19,135 bases of DNA from Ginkgo biloba (GCA_024626585.2 JANKJI020000002.1:185857435-185876569), one strand, 5' to 3'. Positions 1-9,773 are shown, numbered from the stretch's first letter. Translations and numbers: made by a program. The notes: generated by a model from the letters alone, not told the origin.

Positions 1-18
1 TGCGTATCCTAGGAGTAA

Positions 19-76
19 CATCATCTGGTATTAGAGAATTTTAGTACTAGTTGGATGCATCATCTAGTATTAGAGA
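19..76 (+). mobile_element. LTR 3' end (CATCA) plus tRNA-Met primer-binding site, present twice
   Basis: catcatctggtattagaga at 19-37 and catcatctagtattagaga at 58-76. TGGTATTAGAG is the plant iMet PBS TGGTATCAGAGC with C>T decay, and it directly follows CATCA, a typical gypsy LTR end. Confidence 0.65.
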
Positions 77-282
77 TAGAGAGATCTCACTTGGAGAAGT
101 GTTATAGAGCTAAGGCATCGATAAAAGTGGTGGATTTGGTAGTCACATTGAGGATCATTATGAATATTTCTAATTAAATCTATAGAGAGTGTATTAAAGG
201 AGTTAGTATAGTGTCACAGAGAAAAAGAAGAACTCATGAGGAGTNNNNNNNNNNNNNNNNNNNNNNTAGAGGGAGGTAAAAT

Positions 283-1284
283 ATGGAACCAAGAGTAGTG
301 CTAGAGAGGAGAGCCACTAGAGATAGAAGAGTAGTAGATTAAAGGGAGTTAGAAGACCTAAGAATAAGAATTGTAGATCTAGAAGAAGAATAAAATAGAC
401 ACAAATAAGTGGAGAGAATGAGAGACTTACTACGAGGACTATTAAAGAGGCTAGGATAAAAGAGGAGAGTTGTGGAGTCCACTAAGAGGATTATTTAAGA
501 ACTTGAGGAAGGGTTATGGATTATAGAATAGCCTATAAGAGACATAGAGGAGTTAGTAAAGAGGATTATTGATAAAACCATAGAAGGGAATGATGGGAAA
601 TACCCATAAATAAATCTACATGAGCCAGACTTAGAGGATGCATGGAGTGAAGAGGGGTCGATGGAGAGACTCATTGAGGAACTTAAAGTGATTATGTGTG
701 AGGCAAAAGAAGAAATGAATCCATTAGAGGAGTGTGTGTGGAATGATAAGTAATTGGTAAGGTGAGAAACAGAGAGTGGAGGAAGTGAAAAAGTTCTTAT
801 ATAGAATGAATAAGAGGCAAAAGCACTGGATGCACTGATAACTAGGTTCATTGAGAAAAAGTTAGTGGAGAGGTTTCTTGGGGAGACCACAGAAGGGAAA
901 AGAAAAGAGAATCAATATCATTGAAAACTAGGACTAATGCATAAGAAGTAAATTCTATTATAGAGTTTGTTGATAAGCTTATGGGGAAGAAAAATGAGGA
1001 GGAACTAGTCGAGGTTCTAAATGAGGAGAAAATAGTAGGAGTATGCTTGATGTAGAGCATCGAGGAGACTATAGAGGAATTATAAAAAAAAATTGAGTAG
1101 GGGTGAGGAAAAAATAGATGGGATGAGGTCCTCAAGTAAGGAATGGAGGGAGGATTCATGTAAGGAAGGAGAAGAGTCAGAGATGAGAGCGTATTATTCC
1201 CTATATATGAAGGTTGTAGAGGAAGTAGTAAAGAAACGTTTGGGTGAGTTTATGCATGGGTCAAATGAGAAAGGACAAGAAGAT
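283..1284 (+). mobile_element. Decayed E/K/R-rich retrotransposon ORF downstream of the PBS
   Basis: From ATG 283 it reads MEPRVVLERRATRDRRVVD*RELEDLRIRIVDLEEE... and continues for about 330 codons with roughly two frameshifts. The scattered stops are compatible with C>T decay of CAA/CAG/CGA codons. No recognisable capsid motif. Confidence 0.5.
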
Positions 1285-1440
1285 NNNNNNNNNNNNNNNN
1301 NNNNNNNNNNNNNNNNNNNNNNNNNNNNNNNNNNNNNNNNNNNNNNNNNNNNNNNNNNNNNNNNNNNNNNNNNNNNNNNNNNNNTATGAATAATTTGTGA
1401 TTATAATTAGTCCTTTACACTACCTCCCTCTGTGGACCAT

Positions 1441-3153
1441 TGATGCAGGAGCATCAAGGTCACATGTCATTACTATGCCCATTTTAACCTATAGGCATAT
1501 TTGGCATTATTGTCATTATTCATGAAGTGCAACAAGTTGCACCAATAGAATGCACAATAAATGGTGAACATTGGGTTTACTGGGCCCTCAAGCTACCAGG
1601 GGATCGAAAGGCTAAGGAAGNNNNNNNNNNNNNNNNNNNNNNNNNNNNNNNNNNNNNNNNNNNNNNNNNNNNNNNNNNNNNNNNNNNNNNNNNNNNNNNN
1701 NNNNNNNTAAGAGGTAGGCATCCACAACTATGAAAAAAAGGTGATAAAACATCACAAAATTGATAGTGCATTACGATAAAATTTATTGGGAGTCAAGATC
1801 CTATAGGTTGGCACTAGGAAAATTAGTGATTTTATAAATCTGTAGACCTGCCAAAATATTAAAGGTAGTTTATCAGGGATTGTTGATCGAGGTTCTCAAA
1901 GAGGGATGCCTCCTTATGAGCTCCCAATTCCATGGGCTCGATCATTTAATAAATATCCTAGGTAGAATATTAAGGATTAATGCATTTATTTGTATTTGCC
2001 ACGCCATTGTATAAAACTTGCATACCTAACTTATTATCAAATCTAATATAATAGATGTTTGGGGGATTGGGATTCTTAATATGGTCCATGCCTATTACTT
2101 ATTCAAATGAATGACAAAGCAAAACTGATAGAGGTAATTGGAGATATTTTTGAAAGTGCATTTAATGCAATTGGCACACTCCATTAATGATAATGGTGGG
2201 GCTGTAATGAAGGCATGTAGAGGTAAATCATGAGGATGGTGGATCTTTTAATTTGACACCTACCTAACAATGGGAGAAGATGAATATGAACTTGGACATG
2301 AAAGACCATAGAGAGCCATAACATGCCATTATCGAGCATTCATGATGGTAGCCATTGAGGTAGTGAATTCACAGATAACAAAGTCATTGGAGGACGAATA
2401 TGAATGTTGCACTAGTCGTTTGATGCCATGAGAGCTTGGGTATAAAGCCCCCAGTGACAGTTGAAGGAGGGCTTAGTTCAGTTGATCAATTTGAGAGGGT
2501 TAGGAGGTTGGTTGGAAAATTCAAAGGGAAGGGGTTCAGTTGAGCGATTAAGGAAAGGGTTTGTTGGCTCATTTGTTGGGTGCAAAATTATCAAGTTGAA
2601 TAGTGAAAAGATTTGAAAGGGAGTCTTAGAGAAGAAGAGACAAAGGTAGTGATTCTAGAAGAAGGCATTGTGAGTACTAGTGAGCTATGGAGTGTAGCAA
2701 CTAGGGCCAAGGTCTTATATTCCTGGTAACTCTATGTACTGCATGAATTATGTATGAATTGTATTGACATATAGTAGTGAGGAAGAAATTATAGAGACCC
2801 ATTGTAAGAGTATTGAATGTAAAAGCTATGATTTTTATAATAGATCTAGAGTTTTATTCCCCATGAGGGTTTCTCTAGTTAAAAAGTGTTGTGCATTATG
2901 TTCTCTATGATTTTACATATTAGTTTATTTTCCACTACTGCCTTCCATGTGAATTGCTAAAATATGGTTCGATTTATAATTATTTGTAATTTAATATTGT
3001 AATGAAGATCTTGTGGGTAATCTCATTATTTGGAGCTCAAAATGACGACATTGGTTCCCTTGTTTAAAAGATCCTAGTAGGTAGGCAGGTATCGATAATG
3101 GTAAAATAATATTTTGGAGGGATTCACCCACACTAGTAGTGTTCTATACATCA
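1441..3153 (+). mobile_element. Putative 5' LTR of a gypsy element (5' boundary uncertain)
   Basis: Ends in ...TATACATCA (3153) just before a PBS and contains TATAAA at 2441. Candidate starts are TGATG at 1441 or TGTAGA at 1841. Confidence 0.45.
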
Positions 3154-3155
3154 AT

Positions 3156-3167
3156 TGGTATTAGAGC
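3156..3167 (+). mobile_element. Primer-binding site (tRNA-iMet)
   Basis: TGGTATTAGAGC, an 11/12 match to TGGTATCAGAGC, 2 nt after CATCA and upstream of gag. Confidence 0.85.
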
Positions 3168-3515
3168 ATAGTAATTTCACTTTGAGGAGGCATTATAGCA
3201 GAAGGAAGAGGCCGATACCATTAGCTAGAATTGGTGTTTAGTTTGAAGATTATTGAGTAGTGCAAAAGACACTAGTGTAGAAATCAAAAGAGTAGAAAGG
3301 AAGGATGTCATTCAAAAGAGATGGACCAATTCTATAAATGATGTAAGCTTTAGTGAAAAGAGTCAAAGGCATGGATAACATTGGGAATGAGGTNNNNNNN
3401 NNNCAACATCAAATATGTGATTAGATGCTAGAGATCAAAGGAGAATTTCATGGGGCTAGAGCTAGAGGATGAAGGTCCAATTCAGCAAGAGCCAAAGTAG
3501 AATGTAGAAGCCATA

Positions 3516-3680
3516 TTGACTAGAGTGTTGAAGAATAGTCATAGAGGAGCAAAGTTGGAAGTGTTGAGTTTGGGTCGGAGCTTAAATCCAAAAGACTTAT
3601 TGGATTGGATAAGAAACATGGATAAGTATTTTGACTCAGAGGAGATCAAGGACCCCATAAGAGTAAAATTTTCTTTCACC
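3516..3680 (+). mobile_element. gag: Ty3/gypsy gag fragment (N-terminal part of the capsid region)
   Basis: AKLEVLSLGRSLNPKDLLDWIRNMDKYFDSEEIKDPIRVKF matches the plant gypsy gag pattern K.EVP.Y.G.LNP..LLDWI..M.KYF.......VKF. Truncated by a 100-N gap. Confidence 0.85.
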
Positions 3681-4691
3681 NNNNNNNNNNNNNNNNNNNN
3701 NNNNNNNNNNNNNNNNNNNNNNNNNNNNNNNNNNNNNNNNNNNNNNNNNNNNNNNNNNNNNNNNNNNNNNNNNNNNNNNNACTAAGATCATAGGTGTTAA
3801 AGAGGTTGTTATTGATTTGAATTACAACTCCTAGGTGTCTAGGGCGGTCAAGTGGTCTAGGAGAGGATTTTTAGTTAAAATATCGCAAAATATCTCAAAA
3901 AAGTGTCACTTCAAAAGCCGACGTAAAATTGCGCGTGATATTAGTCTTCCGGTGCTGAAATGTGTGTGTTAATGCGACGTTACATAAATGTGCAAGTTNN
4001 NNNNNNNNNNNNNNNNNNNNNNNNNNNNNNNNNNNNNNNNNNNNNNNNNNNNNNNNNNNNNNNNNNNNTTGACATGTCTGGAAAATATTCAAAAAGCTAT
4101 AGACAAAAATATAAGCACTTGGAGCAGATGAAAGCAATATTCATGAGCCAGAAGACCTGCACAAAAGTGGTTAGCATCATTTTATTAATAAAAATATCTA
4201 ACACTATACAATTATAGGGGTGCACACCATTAGGCATTGTTGCTCAAATATATAAGTTTATAAATTCCACCACATNNNNNNNNNNNNNNNNNNNNNNNNN
4301 NNNNNNNNNNNNNNNNNNNNNNNNNNNNNNNNNNNNNNNGTTAATCATGAGACCTCCCAGAATTGCCTTCAAAAACCAAAAAATCCTCTTTTAGACGTGA
4401 TTGTTTCACCAAAAATAGAATCAAATCCCTCGTCGTTAATATGGCCACCTACAATTAAGTTCTTCCACAATACATAGGGATGTGTCACCTTGCCCATATA
4501 GTTCAAAAGTTGGTGTGATCAGGATTACCCATAACTCCTCGTAGGTGAAAAATCATTATGTGCTAAATTCATTAATGGTTAGACTATAGCCCTAAGAAGA
4601 GCCCCCAAAGAAAATTTCCAAGGATGAACTTTGAGTTCTTCTATGATTTTATAGTATTCTTTGAGTTTAGATGTAGGTGAGGAGATCCCAA

Positions 4692-5465
4692 GATGGTGCC
4701 ATCTATCTCCATCACAGACCCCTTGAGGTTCAACTTTGAATTGGGTTGTTGACTCCCCTTTTATTATTTTTAAAATGAACCCCAGGAAGGAGCCCCCGAG
4801 ATACTGACACTTAGTGCCTTATTACAAGCCCTATGCTAGTGGGCTCTTTGTACCTTATGTAACCTTTCTTCAACTAGGCATGAGGAGGGGTCCCCTCGAG
4901 ATGGTACCACTTGGCACCATCGTGGGGGGCCTAGGAGTCTCTCTTTTATTTGGGGTATGAACCCTCTCTTTTCACTTTGTCATGAGTCACAAGACACGGG
5001 GGCCCCATGATGGTGCCACTTGTCACCATTGCGGGGATGAGAGCCTATGCCCCCCCCCCAACATCTTATTAAGGCCCTCCTTTTCCTCTCCTCGTAAGGA
5101 AGGGGATCTTGGAATCTCACCACATGAAAATATCTTGAGATCCTAGTCCTTGCGTGTTCCTTGTGTATTGTGACTAAGGCCTCTCCACCATGCCACTATC
5201 CTTTTGATGCCTTGAGGGGATGACATACGTTTCTCTATCGTGCGCTCTCACACCCACAACCTTTTCTCTATTGAAGCACATGGGGAGCAAATATTTGGGT
5301 GACATGAGGAGAGGGGTCATGGGATCATGCCATATGGCACAATCTCATGAACCCTTAGCTCACTACAACTTAAATTGAAAAAAAACACAAAAGACCAAAG
5401 AAGAAGCTCTTCACAATAATTTAACGAGGAGGGAATCACTAATGATCATGCCACATGTCACTCTC
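4692..5465. repeat. Array 1 of phased 22-bp palindromes (consensus GATGGTGCCACGTGGCACCATC), period ~105 bp
   Basis: Copies start at 4692, ~4800 (weak), 4900, 5009, ~5113 (weak), ~5217 (weak), 5323 and 5444. Examples: gatggtaccacttggcaccatc, gatggtgccacttgtcaccatt, gatcatgccatatggcacaatc. Confidence 0.8.
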
Positions 5466-5866
5466 ATAGGCATTCTCAAGGGGGACTCAGTGACACAAGC
5501 ATGAGGGTGCATTGACTATTAATTTCTTGAGGCTTTACTTACAACACCATGTATAGGGGCTAGAGTAAACATAACGAACGAGTGCGAGTTAGAGATTAGG
5601 TGGTGATACGCCATTAAAATGAACATGGGATCTTTACAACAGTGTCATAAATTTATCCAAGGTGAAGAGGGCCCCCATATTGCGAGAAAAGGTGGGGCAC
5701 ATTGGGATGACAACATATATGTCCTCCATCTCACCCCTACGACTACTTTTAACTTTGAATTTAGACGGTTCTGAAGGATAGGGGAGATCCATCTCCTTCA
5801 TGTAGGCTTCAATGGAATTAAAGCCATGGTTCTATGGGTGAGGCAACTTTTACCAAGTTTGAATAC

Positions 5867-6955
5867 TAACCCTACGCGTGGCACCATCTCATAAGCTTGT
5901 TGCCTCAGGGTGTCTTGACTGGACTTGTCATTACATTCCAATGGTCTTGAATAGACTATAGATTAGGATGAGTGGAACCATCTCAGATCATTCATGTTTG
6001 GAGGACTTAAAGGACACGTCTTTTCACTTACTCTTTCATGATGGGATGAGAGATTGAGACACGTGGTATGATCCAACGACTTGAGCCTCGAGGTGATTTT
6101 ATAACCTTACTATTTTTCCCTAGTATTTTTGCGTGTTTGCAAACACTTGAGATTCATACACATGGTATGATCTCAATACATCTAAACTTGCATACCTTTG
6201 TCCTTTCTCTTCTCTTTTCTTAGCAACCTGCAAGAATGTGAGCTTGTGGGATTGAGACTCATGGCTATATCTCATGGGTCTAGGATTTGGGTTGCACTCT
6301 ATAATTTATTCCTTTATTTTCAAATCTCGAAAGATAAGGGATCATGAGATCTTTCTAGGTGGTTTGATCTTGGGACTTCTACATCTATCATCTTTTGTCT
6401 TTAACTTCCCTTTGGTCCCTTGTGATATTGGCATATGTATGGGATCAGGACACGTGTCACCATCCCAAAGAGTTTAAATCAACAACCTCTCAGGGATTCC
6501 CTTTTTGTCTCATTCCTTATATGCCTAAGAAAGCCTAAGATTATGACAGGTGGCACCATCTTGGGACCCATGGTACTTAGGTACCTTTTACCAAGTTATA
6601 TTTGAGNNNNNNNNNNNNNNNNNNNNNNNNNNNNNNNNNNNNNNNNNNNNNNNNNNNNNATCTCTCACACCCATGGGATTTTGAACTTTATTTCTCAAGT
6701 GCCCAACCACCATGAGATCCTACCATGTAGCATGATTTTGGGACTCTTGGGGATCAAGGAATTTTATAAAAATCCATCAAATATTTAGGAGCCACTGCAG
6801 GAGAGGGCCCATGGGATCTTGCCATGTGGTGACACCCCATGTGCTCTAGAGTCTGCATTCAAAACACTACACCACAAAACCTATGAAAATCATAATTTCA
6901 CCCAAAATAATAACAAGAGAAAATGAATACAAAAGGGTGACACATGTCTAACTCC
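5867..6955. repeat. Array 2 of the same phased palindrome, period ~97 bp
   Basis: Copies start at 5867, 5961, 6052, 6151, 6250, 6348, 6443, 6539, (N gap), 6716, 6815 and ~6934. Examples: gatcaggacacgtgtcaccatc, gattatgacaggtggcaccatc, gattgagacacgtggtatgatc. Confidence 0.8.
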
Positions 6956-7292
6956 TAGAAAAACATAGATTCTTCTCAAAATGCTAAGGCATTCTTAGGT
7001 AGTTTTTACTCGATTAAGTGTCAATTGGATCTGAAAGATCTGGTTGTTATGGGGCATACAAGAAGGATATATTATGGGACCTTGAGGTAATGTACAAAAA
7101 TGAATTAGTCAATAGTGGGGTTCCTTATACATTCAGAGGATAAAGTGACTAATTTAGAGGGCTCTAGGATTGAAACTCAGGTGATAAACTACCATAAAGA
7201 TATAAACACAGTTCTTGCACAGGTGGTTTAGATTTCTTCAAAGGAGGGTCCTCACTTTGGGAGAAAAGTGGGGGTGTGTTGGGCAACAACAC

Positions 7293-7670
7293 TATCCTTA
7301 GGTATTATGAATTGATCAAATTTTTAAATTTGTGACTATCGAGGGTGGAAATGCAATAGGCACCATTTTGAAGATCTTCAAGAATGATGAATTGGCCTAG
7401 CCACTTCGGAATGAACTTTCTATTTTTATCAAACATATAGTCTAAATTGAAAACCTTATCCCCAACTAGGAATTTTTTGCACCTTACCTTTTTCTTATAG
7501 GCAAGGAGGCTCTAATTTTTGTAGGCCTCTAAGTGTTGGTGAGTGAGAAGTCTCTTTTCATCGAGCTCCTCAAGTTGCGCAAGTTGAGAGGCTTTGATCC
7601 CTTCATAATTGATTAAGTCTCGAGTTGACACTCAAAGAGAAGGGCTCTCAATTTCAAGGGGGGGGATGGA
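7293..7670 (-). mobile_element. Gypsy (Tat/Ogre/Athila-type) integrase C-terminal region with GPY/F-like motif, pseudogenised
   Basis: PLEIESPSL*VSTRDLINYEGIKASQLAQLEELDEKRLLTHQHLEAYKN*SLLAYKKKVRCKKFLVGDKVF...KFIPKWLGQFIILEDLQNGAYCISTLD...INS*YLRI, all in one frame with three stops. Confidence 0.9.
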
Positions 7671-7989
7671 TNNNNNNNNNNNNNNNNNNNNNNNNNNNNN
7701 NNNNNNNNNNNNNNNNNNNNNNNNNNNNNNNNNNNNNNNNNNNNNNNNNNNNNNNNNNNNNNNNNNNNNNNGGCTTATATTAGGTGCCTTTTGGCTTCCT
7801 TTCGAATTTACCATGTTAAGATTATTACTGTTATTTTTGCAAGGCTGTTGTAGTTTATATCCCTTAGGATGTCCTCCAGAGGCACTCAATTTCTCCTATG
7901 TGGCCATCTCAGATGACTTTGTATATAACGTATTTTTATGCATACTAAAGGGTATTCATAGACATTCTAACGTTTTGTTGGGTTTGGAG

Positions 7990-8135
7990 TTGTGTTGCCG
8001 GCTGCTCGTCCTCGTCCGGCAGGGGACCAGCACCCAGGGATGGTACCCGTACCCGAGACGCAGGTGCGGGTATGGGCCGTACCTGGATGTGCCTGGGTAC
8101 TGTCCCTGTGGGGACCCGCAGCCATCCCCAACTCG
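7990..8135. repeat. GC/CpG-rich imperfect inverted repeat with TACCCG/CGGGTA motifs (possible DNA-transposon subterminal remnant)
   Basis: gggaccagcacccagg (8023-8038) pairs with cctgggtactgtccc (8092-8106). Inner ggtacccgtacccg pairs with cgggtatgggccgtacc. Confidence 0.5.
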
Positions 8136-8181
8136 AATGACCTGTAATGAGTCTGCCTGCCATTTTCTTTCTGTATTTTAA

Positions 8182-8411
8182 TTCTAAGTCAAGGCCACTG
8201 CATCATATCTTCATATATATCATCTCTCAGGCTGGTGCATATATTAAGGATATGCACCTCCATTGTCTTAAAAGTTGTAAGGCTTCCTCGGTGTACTGAT
8301 GTTGAGTATTTATATATCCCGATTTAATTTTAACATATACATAATTTTCAACTAAATCAAATACTTCATCTGCTATATGCCATCGACTCATCATATGCAT
8401 GCTGGAAGTGA
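8182..8411 (-). pseudogene. Decayed PLS-class pentatricopeptide repeat (PPR) gene fragment
   Basis: Across frameshifts the minus strand reads SMH...IADEVFD...SGY..QHQYTEEALQLLRQ / ILNICTSLRD / IYEDMM-SGLDL. These match, in order, the PLS PPR motifs MY.KCG...A..VFD, SGYAQ.G..EEAL.LF.QM, IL.AC.SL and IH..II.SG...D. Confidence 0.6.
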
Positions 8412-8711
8412 TCCTGCGTAAAATAAAATTAAGTGTAGTTGACTGGCCATCCCTGAATCGAGGCCTTAAGTTATTCTTAACACTGAGCACACAGCCACTG
8501 AAGGCTGGAAGAATTGTATGGTAAAATTATAAAGGGAGAAATTATAAAGATTTTAATAGTTGGAAATCATTGACCTAAATTATTTAAATATTGTAACCAT
8601 ACAATAAAACATTGTGTTGGTTGCCAAAAATATTTTGTTAAAATGAACATGCCTCTTTGTTGTTACACCATGATACCATGGTCACATGCACATGAACAAT
8701 TGATGTAATTA

Positions 8712-9279
8712 AGCTGCCAAAACTAATTACCATATGCACAAGACACTACACCAGGGCACTATTTTTCAACTTCCTCCTTAACAATGTCAATAACTTGATA
8801 TCCTCTCAAACTCAGGTTTGGAAAAGCATCCTTCTCACTTTTCTTGCTGCTTCCCGTTGAATTCAACAGAATCGATCCGTCACATCCCTGCACCCATGAT
8901 TTGCATTAAATTAGCAACTATCATAATCATAGTTATAATCAGCTACGAAGAAAAAGGCAAATATCATAATGTAATGTAATACAAGCATTGAATTAATCTG
9001 CATGGATTTAATACTCAGTACCCTCACGAAGCAGTCGTGGAAATGCATCCTTAGAGGAGAAGCTGCGAGAGATGGGGCCTTGCTTATGTATTTGGCAACA
9101 CTCTCTCTAACGATAATCTCAACCCTTGGGCATGTCCGTCTGTAAAAGCCCCGCCTGATCAGACTGCTATCGGTGGCAGTGGGAGTGCCACCCTCTGACT
9201 GCACAGAGCTTAATGCAAGCGACAGTACAGCAACTATGACTGCTGAAACGAAGATAGTCTTTGTGCTTGCAATCATCAT
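8712..9279 (-). pseudogene. Class III secretory peroxidase pseudogene (exon 1 9279-9022, GT-AG intron 9021-8888, exon 2 from 8887, truncated at ~8712)
   Basis: Signal peptide [28 protein letters not shown]; [14 protein letters not shown]; distal haem motif [11 protein letters not shown]|GCDGSILL with the intron at the conserved position; then [34 protein letters not shown]. Lesions: TAG at 8759-8761, L>P at 9055-9057, D>Y plus frameshifts after VSCA, and no recognisable exons 3-4. Confidence 0.93.
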
Positions 9280-9362
9280 TTTGGTGATTGCGACTACGGA
9301 TCGATGCTGCTGATGTAGATCAGTTGATGATGGGTAATCGAATATCAAATGTTATTGCAGGA

Positions 9363-9370
9363 TTTATATA
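9363..9370 (-). promoter_or_regulatory. TATA box of the peroxidase gene
   Basis: TATATAAA on the minus strand, about 84 nt upstream of the ATG at 9279. Confidence 0.7.
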
Positions 9371-9524
9371 ATTCTGTAGTGACGATCGACAGAAGAAGAT
9401 AGCGTGGAACATTTGAGCTGTCAGCTAGTGAATTGATGGAGAGAGCGGTGCCTTCACAGCAAGCCAAGCAACCTGCAACCCAAGCTGGCTGCTGCCAATA
9501 CCATGGAGCCCCCACAAAACGTCC

Positions 9525-9587
9525 AAACGGAGCGATCCACTTAAATGATCAACTAAAACGGAGCGATCCACTTAAATGACGTCAACT
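9525..9587. repeat. 31-bp-period direct repeat in the peroxidase promoter; the second copy contains TGACGTCA
   Basis: aaacggagcgatccacttaaatga at 9525-9548 and 9556-9579, followed by tcaact and cgtcaact respectively. Confidence 0.9.
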
Positions 9588-9773
9588 CAGCCGATAACAT
9601 CTATCTTATTAGTTCCGATAAGGGAAACAATTAATGAATATATTGATTAAGGCGTTCAATTGGGAGAAGGAGGTGAACGCTTATATTATGCTAGATTCCA
9701 TGTGAATTTATCAACTCTATGCCTTCTCCTTATGGTCATATACACTGTTAAGTGTGTGTGTGAGATCGGTAAC

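Larger units (their letters stand above)
4340..7291 (-). mobile_element. LTR-derived region made of two related, diverged units (Tat/Ogre-like termini TGTTG on the minus strand at 7291 and 5715)
   Basis: Similar tails at 5667-5715 and 7244-7291 (gaggg.cc.ca..ttg.gagaaaag..gggg....ttggg...acaaca). On the minus strand the 5715 start is preceded by a purine-rich PPT-like tract, GGGGTGAGATGGAGGACATATA. Left boundary uncertain. Confidence 0.5.

Noticed and set aside
495-1159. Minus-strand ORFs of 131 and 103 aa
   Set aside because: S/F/L-rich antisense shadows of the purine-rich plus-strand TE ORF, with no domain features.
4119-4275. Possible peroxidase exon 3/4 relic on the plus strand (LEQMKAIF... 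and AG|GG GTG CAC ACC ATT = G-V-H-T-I)
   Set aside because: Only a few residues match GAHTIG, the spacing to C and LYNF is wrong, the implied intron is under 50 bp, and it lies on the opposite strand and a different contig from the peroxidase. A TBLASTN hit would be needed.
4692-6955. True CRISPR array
   Set aside because: Plant TE context, highly degenerate repeats, spacers of ~75-85 bp, and no cas genes or leader. Only the layout is similar.
7609-8181. 190-aa plus-strand ORF and the overlapping 72-aa minus-strand ORF
   Set aside because: The long ORF spans a 100-N gap. Both stay open through a GC-rich repeat patch and have no recognisable domain.
8430-8700. LYNFS/LYNFT and LDSGMASQL-like readings suggesting peroxidase exon 4
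   Set aside because: They fall in a pyrimidine-rich, intron-like tract, lack the HTIG and GRRD motifs, and such decay is inconsistent with the well-preserved exons 1-2.
8911-9348. 145-aa ORF as a complete protein
   Set aside because: It is exon 1 read through into intron 1 with a non-ATG upstream extension. The real start is ATG 9279 and the donor is at 9021.
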